DNA from: an uncultured Alphaproteobacteria bacterium
GTDB taxonomy: Bacteria > Pseudomonadota > Alphaproteobacteria > Dongiales > Dongiaceae
NCBI GenBank assembly: GCA_963770335.1
Contig: CAVYPG010000019.1
Location: 228,866-260,865, forward strand
Direction of reading: 5' to 3'
Length of the DNA stretch: 32,000 nucleotides
Position numbers and translations under genes: made by a program. Below the pieces are notes generated by a model, which made no database searches, was not told where the DNA came from, and saw only the letters and a program-made list of their open reading frames with translations. Within the stretch, counting starts at the first letter, position 1; every line of letters starts with the position of its first letter. Positions 8,238-17,607 of this stretch are shown in pieces.

Positions 8238-11200
8238 ATGTTCACTGCTTGGTCGATCGTGCAGCGAGCCCGCAAGCCGCTGTTGTTTCTGGTGGCTGCC
8301 ATCGCAGCCCTGGGTGTCTGGGCCTATCTCACGGCCCCGCAAAGCATTTTTCCACAAATCTCGCTCTCGCGAATCGAAGTGTTCGCCAGTGTCGGCGATC
8401 TGCCGCCCGAAGAAGTGTTGAGCCAGGTGACCCATCCGCTGGAGCAGGCGCTCCAGTCTCTCTCGGTGCGCGATATGCGCACGCTCTCCAATCAGGGCGC
8501 CGTGGAGATCGAACTCGATTTCGATTCCAAGCACCGATCCCAGGCTCGATCTGCAAAATGTCCAGGCCGTCGTCGCCGCGATCCGGCCCTCCTTGCCGGC
8601 GGTCACCAACATTGTCACCGTCATCCAGCATCCCAATATGGAGCCGGCGGTGCAGTACGCCATCACGGCCAGCTCCGTATCGCAGGGCGAGCTGCGCCAT
8701 CTGCTGGAGCAGCAGGTCGTGCCGGTCTTCACCGGCATCAAGGGGCTGGGCCGCGTCACGCTGTTCGCCGGTCCCGATCTTGCCTACACCATCGATCTCG
8801 ATCCCAAGGCGGTGGCTGCGGCGGGCTTGAGCGCGGCCGACGTGGCGGCAGCACTCCACGACGCCAACGCCGTGGACGCGATCGGCAATATCGATCGCGA
8901 CGGCAAACGCAGCGTGATCTTCGCGGGCGAAGCGATCGGCGATCCCGAAACCCTCGGCAAGGTCGCGATATTCGATCGCAAGGCAAACCAGTTCGTGGCC
9001 CTGGCCAGCCTCGGCAAGATCGCTGTGGGCGATGTTCCGACCGGCCAGCAGGCATCCTTCGGCACCGTGCCGGCCGTCATCATGAGCGCCTATCCGATCA
9101 TCGGCGCCGACACCGTGACGCTGGAACGCGAGCTGGAAGCGCGCATCCCGCAGCTGGCCTCGGTGCTGCCGGCCGATGCCCATATCACCAAATACTGGGA
9201 TCAGACCCGGCTGATCGTCGCCTCGCAGAACTCGCTACGCGACGCCATCCTGCTCGGAGCCTTTCTGGCGCTGGTGATCATTTACATCTTCCTGAGAAGC
9301 TTCGGCATGACGATCGTGGCCGGCGCCATCATTCCCGTCGCCATGGCGATGACCATCCTGGTGATCGAGCGCGCCGGCATGTCGCTGAATTTGATGAGCA
9401 TCGGCGGACTTGCCATCGCCGTCGGGCTGATCATCGATGAGGTGATTGTGGTGATTGAATCGATCGCGCGCGAACTGGCGCAATCGCCGCAGAGCGAGCG
9501 AGGCCCTGCGATCATGCGCGCCACCGGACGCATCGCCAAACCGCTGATCGCGTCTACCGCCGCCAATGTCGTGGTGTTCCTGCCGCTGATCCTGCTGACA
9601 GGCATTCCAGGATTCTTCTTCCGGGCGCTCGCGATTACGCTCGGCACAGCCCTGATCATCTCGATCATCCTGTCACTGGTCGTGGCGCCGATCCTGACCG
9701 ATACCTTCCTGCGCTCGCGCCGGGCCCATCGCGCCGGGCTGGTGTCGCTGGAGCCCTGGTATGCCCGTCTGCTCAGCTGGTCGCTGATGCACCGGCCGGC
9801 GGTCTATCTGGGCGCTGTCGTGGTGCTGGCGGCGACCGTGCTTCTGTTCACGCGGCTCGAGAGCGATTTCCTGCCGGGTCTCGAGGAAGGCGAGTTCGAG
9901 ATCATCTATCAGCTGCCTGCCGGAACCTCGCTGGCCGAGACCGACCGTATCGTTCGCGGTTTCGAGCAGACCATCATGGCCGATCCCGCCGTCCAGTATG
10001 AGGGCCGGCTGACTGGCGTCGATACCGATGGCTATGAGCTGACGCCGCAGAGCGCCGGCACTATCCGCATCTCGCTGAAGCCCGAGGCCAGCGAAGAATT
10101 CGAGGATGTTGCCGATCGCATCCGCAAAGCCATCACCGAACAGGCGCCCGGTTCCGATTTCGAATTCCATCAGCTGCTGGAAGACCAGCTTAACGACTTG
10201 TCAGGCGCGCCCGAGCCGATCCAGCTCGCGATATACGGCGCCGATCAGGAGAAACTGATGGCGATAGCCGATCGCCTGACGGACGAATTGGGCAAGATTC
10301 CCGGCGTGGTGGATACATATGATGGCATCGTCGACGGCAACGAGACGATCCGCGTGGCGCCGAGCTTGCAGGGTACGGGCGGACTCAGCCTCAGCCAGCT
10401 TTCCGAAGGATTGAGCGCGGCTATCAACGGCCTGCCGGCCGGCAGTGTCAGATATCGCGAGTTCCACGATACCCGTGCGCGTGCGCCTGGCCGGCAACGC
10501 GCCGGATGTGGCGCTGAAGGATATCGTGTTGCTGGATCAGAACTGGTCTGACTCCGCTTTCTTCGATTGCCTCCATCGGCGAGGCGTCCACCGCCAGTGA
10601 GGTGTTCGAACGCAACGGTGCCCGCATGCTGCTGGTGACGGCAGGCATCGAGAATGCCAACCTGTCGGAAGTCATACCCCAGGTGCAAAAGGTGGTGGCC
10701 GGCGTGCCGTTGCCCCCAGGCTATCGCATCGAGCTGGGCGGCGCCTATCAGGCGCAGCAGGCGTCGTTCCGCGAATTCGCCACGGTGCTGACGATCGCCG
10801 TGGTGCTGGTCTTCTTCGTGCTGCTGGCGACGTTCAATTCCTTCCGCTTGCCGCTGGTGATTCTCGCGACTATTCCGCTGGCGCCGATCGGTGTGGTGCT
10901 GGCGCTATGGCTGACCGATACCTCCATCAACGTCTCTTCGTTCATGGGCCTGCTGCTGCTGGTGGGCATCGTGGTGCGCAACGGCATCTTGCTGATGGAT
11001 TCCGCCAATCGCCGGCGCGGCGAGGGTGCCACGATCCATGAGGCGCTGATTGGCGCCGGCACGGAGCGGCTGAGGCCGATCCTGATGACGGCCTTCGCCG
11101 CTATCGGCGCGTTGCTGCCGTTGGCGCTTGGTATCGGGACGGGCTCGGAAATGGAGCGGCCGCTGGCGATCGCGGTGATCGGCGGGCTGGTGACTTCGAC

Positions 11201-11282
11201 CGCCTTCACCTTGGTGATGATCCCCGTGCTTTATGCCGGGTTCTCCAAGCGGCCGAATCTGCGGGTGGTGAAGGCCGCCTGA
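8238..11282 (+). pseudogene. RND-family efflux permease (AcrB/CzcA superfamily), interrupted by three +1 frameshifts
   Basis: The frame changes 3 to 1 at about 8529-8533 (ELDFDSK|TDPRLDLQNVQ), 1 to 2 at about 10449-10468, and 2 to 3 at about 10541-10545 (LLDQN|GLTPLSSIASIG). The C-terminal part has typical RND TM10-12 (SFMGLLLLVGIVVRNGILL). Length minus 3 is a multiple of 3 (1013 aa). Confidence 0.85.
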
Positions 11283-11335
11283 GCCGCCCTCCGCAAGGGG
11301 CCGGCCCAGGCGGGCCATCAAGCAGAGGGTAAGGC

Positions 11336-11558
11336 TTACCAGCTGTTGTAGTGATGGTGATAACCGCCGCTATAGCCGCCGCCGTAGCCGCCGCCATAGC
11401 CGCCGCCATAGCCGCCGCCATAGCCGATAGCCGCCGCCATAGCCATAGCCGCCACCATAGCCGTAGCCGCCGTGATGGCCGTAGCCGCCGCCATAGACGC
11501 AGCCGGCCAGCGATGCCGCCAGGATCAGCGAGGCGGCGATGTTTCGCAGGTGGCGCAT
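11336..11558 (-). pseudogene. Gly/Tyr-repeat lipoprotein (about 73 aa) with one +1 frameshift inside the repeat
   Basis: MRHLRNIAASLILAASLAGC (lipobox) is followed by GGGY/GYGGGY repeats. An extra base at about 11426 (GGCTAT-C-GGCTAT on the minus strand) switches to an RLWRR frame. The corrected frame continues GYGGGYGGGYGGGYGGGYSGGYHHHYNSW*. Confidence 0.6.
11360..11497 (-). repeat. Tandem 12-nt (GGC GGC GGC TAT-type) coding repeat
   Basis: The plus strand shows reiterated gccgccgccatagcc / gccatagcc units across this span. Confidence 0.8.
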
Positions 11559-11796
11559 GATGTGTCTCCCGTTGGTTGTAACGTGAACTCAAATCACGGG
11601 CGTGCCGGGCTGATCCTGCGCTGCGGCGCTCCTGTCAGCGCAAATGCCATGTTTCCGCCGCAATCGGATCCGGCCGGGTCCAACCCGCTGTCATCCTGCC
11701 GCGCTCTTGCAAGCGGAGCCTCGATGGCTAGGATCGCCCGCGGCCGCAGCCCGGCCGTGCCACGACTCGATAATCCGTCAGCCAGGAAACCATCCG

Positions 11797-12901
11797 ATGC
11801 CCAGTCAGCTCTTTTCCCCGCTCCAGCTCGGCCCGATCGAGCTCTCCAACCGCATCGCGGTTTCGCCCATGTGCCAGTACAGCGCCGATGACGGATCGGC
11901 GAGCGACTGGCATATCCAGCATCTGGCCTCGCTCGGGCTTTCCGGCGCGGGGCTGGTGATCGTCGAGGCGACCGGCGTGGAGGCGCGCGGCCGCATCAGC
12001 CATGGCTGTCTTGGCCTCTATTCCGATGCCAACGAGGCGGCGCTCGCCCATGTGATGGCGATCGCGCGCCGTTTCGCGCGGGCCGGCTCGTTTCGGCATC
12101 CAGCTTGCCCATGCCGGCCGCAAGGCCTCGACCCATATTCCCTGGGCGCAGCGTACCGGCCCGCTGCGCGCCGGTGAAAATCCCTGGACGACCATAGCGC
12201 CGTCCGCACTGCCCTTCGACGAAGGCTGGCATACGCCCGAAGCGCTGGACGAAGCCGGCATGCGCACGGTGATCGAGGCATTCGCCGCGGCGGCAAAGCG
12301 CGCCGCGCGGATCGGATTCGATGTGGTCGAGCTGCATGGCGCCCATGGTTATCTGGTCCATGAATTCCTGACGCCGCTCGTCAACAAGCGCACCGATTCC
12401 TATGGCGGCAGCATCGAGAACCGGATGCGTTTCCCTCTCGCCATCGCCCGCGCCTTGCGTGAGGCGCTGCCCGCCAGCATCGCGCTGGGCGCACGCATTA
12501 CCGGCACCGACTGGGTCGAAGGCGGCTGGACAGTCGACGATGCGGCGATCTTCGCCGGCGAGCTGCGCAAATTGGGCGCTGTCTATGTCTGCGTCTCTTC
12601 CGGCGCCGGGGTGCCCAAGGCAAACATTCCCCTCGGGCCGGGCTATCAGGTGCCGCTCGCGGCAACCGTCAAACAAAAGGCGGCAATCCTGACCCAGGCC
12701 GTGGGCATGATCAGCGATTTCGACCAGGCCGAAGATATCGTCGCCAGCGGCAAGGCCGATATGGTGGCGCTTGCGCGCGGCTTCCTCGACGATCCGCGCT
12801 GGGGCTGGCATGCCGCCGATCATCTGGGTGGCGAGGCTTTTTGTCCGCCGCAATATCGCCGATCCCGCCCGCCCCTCTGGAAGCCTGTCCGCCATGCTTG
12901 A
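11797..12901 (+). pseudogene. NADH:flavin oxidoreductase (Old Yellow Enzyme family) with one +1 frameshift
   Basis: The N-terminus MPSQLFSPLQLGPIELSNRIAVSPMCQY is in frame 1. FGIQLAHAGRKAST...HGAHGYLVHEFLTPLVNKRTDSYGGSIENR is in frame 2. The shift is at about 12070-12090. Length minus 1 gives 367 aa. Confidence 0.85.
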
Positions 12902-14159
12902 GGAATTCATTTTTCCCATGACAGCGGATGGCGTGACCGGGCAGCCGCGCCAGGCGGCCATGGTCTTCATCTTCATCACCATCCTGCTGGACATGCTCTC
13001 GCTCGGCATCATCATCCCGGTCTGGCCGCGGCTGGTGGTGAACTTCCTGGCCGGCGACAATGCGCGAGCGGCGGTGATCTTCGGCCTGATCGGCACGGCC
13101 TGGGCCGCCATGCAGTTTATTTTCTCGCCGATCCAGGGCGCGCTATCGGACCGCTTCGGGCGCCGGCCGATCATCCTGTTGTCCAATCTGGGCGAGGGGC
13201 TCGACTATTTCGTCATGGCCTGGGCGCCCAGCCTTGGCTGGCTGCTGTTCGGGCGTCTCATCTCCGGCGCCACCGCGGCCAGCATCTCCACTGCCTTCGC
13301 CTATATCGCCGATGTGACACCGCCGGAAAAACGCGCCGGGCGCTACGGCCTGCTGGGGGCGGCCTTCGGCATCGGCTTCGTGATCGGCCCGGCGGTCGGC
13401 GGTCTGGTGGGGGAGTACGGTCCGCGGTTGCCGTTCTGGGTTGCAGGCGCGCTCAGCCTCGCCAATTTCGCCTATGGTTTTTTCGTCCTGCCGGAAAGCC
13501 TGGCCAAGGATCGCCGCTCACCCTTCCGCTGGCGCCGCGCCAACCCGGTGGCGTCGCTGGTACTGCTGCGATCGCGTCCGCAGCTCTCGGGTCTCGTCGT
13601 CGTTTATTTCCTGGGGCAGCTTGCCCATGTGGTTCTGCCCAGCACCTTCGTTCTCTATGCCGGATATCGCTATGGCTGGACGGAGCGGGCCGTCGGCCTG
13701 ACGCTGGCGGGCGTGGGCGTTTGCTCCATGGTTGTCCAGGTCGGGCTGGTCAGCCAGGCGGTTGCCTGGTTTGGCGAACGCCGCGCACTGATGATCGGCC
13801 TCTTCTTCGGTGCGCTGGGTTTTGCGCTCTACGGCATCGCCCCCAACGGCGCCTGGTTCCTTATCGGCGTTCCCCTCATGTCACTCTGGGGTCTCGCCAA
13901 TCCCGCAACCCAAGGCCTGATGAGCAGCCTGGTCGGCCCTTTGGAGCAGGGCAAGCTGCAGGGCGCCAATGGCAGCCTGACCGGCATTGCCGGCATGATC
14001 GGCCCCAGCCTGTTCACCTTGTCTTTTTCCTTTGCCATCGATCCGGCGCACAGCCTGCATTTGCCCGGCACGCCGTTCCTGCTGGCGGCTGTGATGCTGG
14101 CCGCGGCACTGCTGCTGGTTGTCCGCGGCACGAAACCCGATCGGCAGGCAGCACCATGA
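12894..14159 (+). CDS. MFS transporter (TCR/Tet-like drug:H+ antiporter family)
   Basis: Motif A GALSDRFGRRPIILLS with about 12 hydrophobic segments. The start is 12894 (8-nt overlap with the OYE stop) or 12918. Confidence 0.85.
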   Translation: MLEEFIFPMTADGVTGQPRQAAMVFIFITILLDMLSLGIIIPVWPRLVVNFLAGDNARAAVIFGLIGTAWAAMQFIFSPIQGALSDRFGRRPIILLSNLGEGLDYFVMAWAPSLGWLLFGRLISGATAASISTAFAYIADVTPPEKRAGRYGLLGAAFGIGFVIGPAVGGLVGEYGPRLPFWVAGALSLANFAYGFFVLPESLAKDRRSPFRWRRANPVASLVLLRSRPQLSGLVVVYFLGQLAHVVLPSTFVLYAGYRYGWTERAVGLTLAGVGVCSMVVQVGLVSQAVAWFGERRALMIGLFFGALGFALYGIAPNGAWFLIGVPLMSLWGLANPATQGLMSSLVGPLEQGKLQGANGSLTGIAGMIGPSLFTLSFSFAIDPAHSLHLPGTPFLLAAVMLAAALLLVVRGTKPDRQAAP

Positions 14160-16204
14160 CCGCGATGAAGGAAGGTCTCGACGAACTCGCGCGCCGCACC
14201 GCGATGCTGGATGCCATCGGCTATGCGGCAACCCAGATCGTCGCCGCGACCGATTGGCGCAGCGGCATTCCGGAATTGCTCGACCGCCTGGGTCACGCAA
14301 CCGAGGTCAGCCGCGTGACCCTGTTCGAGGTCCATGACGGGCCGCAGGGCAATCTGGTGCAGAGTTGCCGCTATGACTGGGCGGAGCCGGGCTTGGCCTC
14401 GCTCTCGGGCGATCCGCGCTATCAGAACATGAATCTCGCCGATGAAGACAGGCCCGGTGAACTGGGCGAATGGTCACGCCGGCGCCAGCGCGGCGAGGTG
14501 GTGCAGGCAACCCTGCGCGAGCTGAGCGGCTATGCCCGCCAGGTGTTCATCGAGCACGGCACCGTCGCCTTCGTCTCGGTGCCCATCATGCTGGGTACCG
14601 CTCTGGTGGGGGTTCCTGGGCTTCGACGATTGCCGGCGACGACCGGGTATGGAGTCCGCTGGAGATCGATGTGCTGAAGACGGCAGTCGCGCTGATCGCC
14701 GGCGCCATCGAGCGCAGCCGAGCCGGCGAGCGGCTGCGCGTCAGCGAAGAGCGTTATGCCATGGCGGCGCGCGGCGCCAATGACGGGCTGTGGGATTGGG
14801 ACATCGCCAGGGGCGAAGCCTATTTCTCGCCACGCCTGCACGAAATCCTGGGCCTGGATGAGGGCGTGCTCAAGGGCAGCATGGCGGCGCTCTATCCTCA
14901 TCTTCTGCCCCAGGATGCCGAGGCGCTCAGCACCGGCCTTGCCGAGCGCATCGAGCGCCGCCGCGCCAAGTTCGAGTTCGAATGCCGCACCCATGACCGG
15001 GGCGATGGTCACCGCTGGCTGATCCTGCGTGGCCTGATCACCTATGGCGAGGGCGGTCCGCGGCGCATCGTCGGGGGCTTGCGCGACATCACCCGGCGCA
15101 AAGAGACGGAAGCGCGGCTGCAGGAGAGCGAGGCGCGCGCTCGCGCCGTCGTTGCCGGCGCGCTCGACGCCATCATCTCCATCGACGAGGAGGGCAGGGT
15201 CGTCGAATTCAATCCGGCGGCTGAACGCATGTTCGGCCACCGGCTGAACGAGGTTGTCGGCCGGCCGCTGCACGAGGTCATCATCCCGGCGACATATCGC
15301 GAGGGGCATGTCGAGGGGCTAAATCGATATCTGACCTCAGGCGAATCCCGCATGCTGGGCCGGCGGGTAGAGACCGTGGCGCTGCGCGCCGACGGCACGC
15401 TGTTCCCCATCGATATGGCGGTGAGCGCCGTGCAGCTGCGCGGCCGACGGCTGTTCACCGCCTTCCTGCGCGACATAACCGAGCGGCGCGAATTCCAGAA
15501 CCAGCTGACCGAGGCCGAGCGCAAGCGCGCCAGCCTGGCTCGCTATTTCTCGCCCAATATGGTGGACGAGCTGATGCAGACCGGCGGCGATCTGGATACC
15601 GCGCGCCTGCAGATGGTGGCGGTGCTGTTCGTCGATATGATCGGCTTCACCCGGATCAGCGCCCGGCTGCGCAGCGTCGAAGTCATCGGTTTGTTGCGCG
15701 AATTCCTCGGGCTTCTTCGAGGAAGCGGTCTTCGCCCATGGCGGCACGCTGGATAAATATCTGGGCGACGGGCTGATGGCGACATTCGGCACGCCGCGCC
15801 CCGGGCCGAGGGACGCCAGCAATGCGATCGCCTGTGCGGCCGAGATGGCCAAGCAGATCGTCATCTGGAATGCACATCGCCAATCCGCCGGGCTCGAGGA
15901 GCTGCGTATCGGCATCGGCGTGCATTACGGCGAGGTGGTGCTGGGCGATATCGGCGGCGAGCGGCGCATGGAATTCGCCGTCGTCGGCGATACCGTCAAT
16001 ATCGCCAGCCGTATCCAGGACATGACGCGTCAGCTGGGTCTTGCCATCCTGGCGAGCGATGCGATCGTAGAGGCCGCCCGCCGCGAAGCATCGCCCCCGC
16101 TGCTCGCCGAGTTTCGCGATCTCGGCGAGCATGAATTGCGCGGGCGCACGGGCAAGATCCGCCTCTGGGGCCGCGAGGCGGAGAGCGGCGTTTCGTTAAG
16201 CTGA
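14156..16204 (+). pseudogene. GAF-PAS-PAS class III adenylate/guanylate cyclase with three +1 frameshifts
   Basis: ATGA overlap with the MFS stop. Domain evidence:
- GAF-like N-terminus ending LWGFLGFDD.
- Two PAS domains (GLWDWDI... and IISIDEEGRVVEFNPAAERMFG).
- Cyclase core VAVLFVDMIGFT...GGTLDKYLGDGLMATFG...GDTVNIASR.
The frame runs 2 to 3 to 1 to 2, with shifts at about 14603-14607, 14634-14641 and 15706-15713. Confidence 0.85.
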
Positions 16205-16224
16205 TCCGGGCCGCGGCGATCCCG

Positions 16225-16809
16225 TCAGATCTTCTCTACCGCGACTGTCGCCGCGTCGAGGGCGGCGGCGACCGCCGTTGCCTGCTCGGTATTGAGCGGC
16301 CCGCGCGACATCCGCATCCGCAGCGCCAGTCTCAGGTTCTCCATGGCGCGCACGACTTGCGGTGCCGGCCCATCGCCCGCCGCACGGCTGGCCTCGGCCA
16401 TCCGGCCGAGCAGGGCCTGGAGCGTCTCGCGGTTCGCTTCCAGGAAGGCTTTGCCCTCGCCGGTGATCTCGTGGAGCTTCTTGGCGCTGTCGGCCGAGGT
16501 CTGGACAGTCACATAGCCAAGCTCTTCGAGAAGAGTGAGCGTCGGATAGATAACGCCGGGGCTCGGGCTATAGGCGCCGCCGACCTGGTCTTCGATCGCC
16601 TTGATGATCTCGTAGCCATGGCGCGGCTTCTCGGCGATCAGGTTGAGGATGACGAGGCGCAGGTCGCCATGGGCGAAGAACCGGCCGAGGCCGCCCCTGC
16701 TGCCGCGATGCCAATGCCGGCCTTCGCGCTCGCCGCGGGCATAGCGGCGGTCTTCACCATGGCGGCAGCCATGGCCGTGCTCGTGTTCGTGTCGATGATG
16801 TCTTTGCAT
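16225..16809 (-). CDS. PadR-family transcriptional regulator with His-rich N-terminal extension
   Basis: Winged-helix core LRLVILNLIAEKPRHGYEIIKAIE...SPGVIYPTLTLLEELGYV. The N-terminus MQRHHRHEHEHGHGCRHGEDRR is rich in His. Confidence 0.85.
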   Translation of the reverse strand: MQRHHRHEHEHGHGCRHGEDRRYARGEREGRHWHRGSRGGLGRFFAHGDLRLVILNLIAEKPRHGYEIIKAIEDQVGGAYSPSPGVIYPTLTLLEELGYVTVQTSADSAKKLHEITGEGKAFLEANRETLQALLGRMAEASRAAGDGPAPQVVRAMENLRLALRMRMSRGPLNTEQATAVAAALDAATVAVEKI

Positions 16810-16826
16810 GTGTCTTTCCGATTATG

Positions 16827-16854
16827 TTTAGATATAGCTAAAGATATATCTAAA
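16827..16854. promoter_or_regulatory. Perfect 10-bp inverted repeat TTTAGATATA-N8-TATATCTAAA (candidate PadR operator)
   Basis: Read directly from the sequence. It lies 18 nt upstream of the padR start codon, in the divergent padR/cassette intergenic region, and is strongly AT-rich in a GC-rich genome. Confidence 0.55.
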
Positions 16855-16989
16855 CCGGATCGGATTTCAAGAGGAATTTTCGCCCCTCCGGGACCAAGCC
16901 CGACAACTGCTACTATCGCGGTTCGGAAATTTCATAAATGCAATCGCCGTCAAATTCGATCGCCATAGTCCTCCTAAGCAGGAACGTTG

Positions 16990-17244
16990 ATGACCGCCGA
17001 AAACTGGAAACAGATAAAAAAATTAGCCCAGGCCCAAAAACACAATGCTCCGTTCCTCGTCTGCCTGCTTGCCTCTCTCATTGTCTTCGATCTAGCCCAG
17101 GCTTGGGGGCTATCCAAATGGCATGCCGGCGTTCTTGGGTTCGTGGGATTGGTGGCCGGAGAGTTCGCCCAGATGCTGGCGCTTCGGGTCTACCGGCAGC
17201 GAGATCCGGGCCGCCGCCGGTCCGATGGCGTCGGAGACAGATAA
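16990..17244 (+). CDS. Hypothetical 84-aa 2-TM membrane protein with basic C-terminal tail
   Basis: Two hydrophobic spans (FLVCLLASLIVFDLAQAWGL and GVLGFVGLVAGEFAQMLAL). Lower-GC codon usage. Its stop lies 2 nt before the next ATG. Confidence 0.45.
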   Translation: MTAENWKQIKKLAQAQKHNAPFLVCLLASLIVFDLAQAWGLSKWHAGVLGFVGLVAGEFAQMLALRVYRQRDPGRRRSDGVGDR

Positions 17245-17246
17245 AA

Positions 17247-17603
17247 ATGTATGGATTGCCACCTGACATGGATCTCGACTTCCTTTGCGGCTGCGAGCTC
17301 ATTCAGATTTGCGTGGGCGCAAACGAATGCATCCTGAATTTTCATCCAGACCTTTCGATACTGATCACCTCGCAGATCGGCTATCTGAATTCCGGCGGCG
17401 AGTACAAAAGGTTCATCCACTTTCCTGACGCCGTGGCGTCCATCAGCGTTCTCCTGGGGCAACAAATCTCTGCCGTCACCGGACATCCCGACGGCACTCT
17501 CCGGTTATTTTTTGCATCCAATGCGCGGCTCGATTTGTTCGATGACAGCAAGCAGTTCGAATCTTATGTCATCAAGGGGAAGGGTCAACTCATCGTCGTT
17601 TAG
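17247..17603 (+). CDS. Hypothetical 118-aa soluble protein (beta-rich, immunity/DUF6188-like pattern, unverified)
   Basis: MYGLPPDMDLDFLCGCELIQICVG...DGTLRLFFASNARLDLFDDSKQFESYVIKGKGQLIVV. Many A/T-ending codons. It is the C-terminal part of track ORF 16938..17603. Confidence 0.5.
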   Translation: MYGLPPDMDLDFLCGCELIQICVGANECILNFHPDLSILITSQIGYLNSGGEYKRFIHFPDAVASISVLLGQQISAVTGHPDGTLRLFFASNARLDLFDDSKQFESYVIKGKGQLIVV

Positions 17604-17607
17604 TGAA

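Noticed and set aside
11996-13186. 396-aa minus-strand ORF
   Set aside because: It is antisense to the OYE and MFS genes and has shadow-ORF composition with no recognisable motifs.
16913-16966. 17-aa minus-strand ORF (MAIEFDGDCIYEISEPR) behind a strong AGGAGG
   Set aside because: The SD-to-ATG spacing is only 3 nt, the ORF is tiny and hydrophilic, and nothing else supports it. The SD-like sequence may be coincidental in the AT-richer intergenic region.
16981-16989. GGAACGTT immediately before the cassette start codon
   Set aside because: GGAAC and CGTT are contiguous here rather than spaced by 16-17 nt, so this is not an EcfG promoter.
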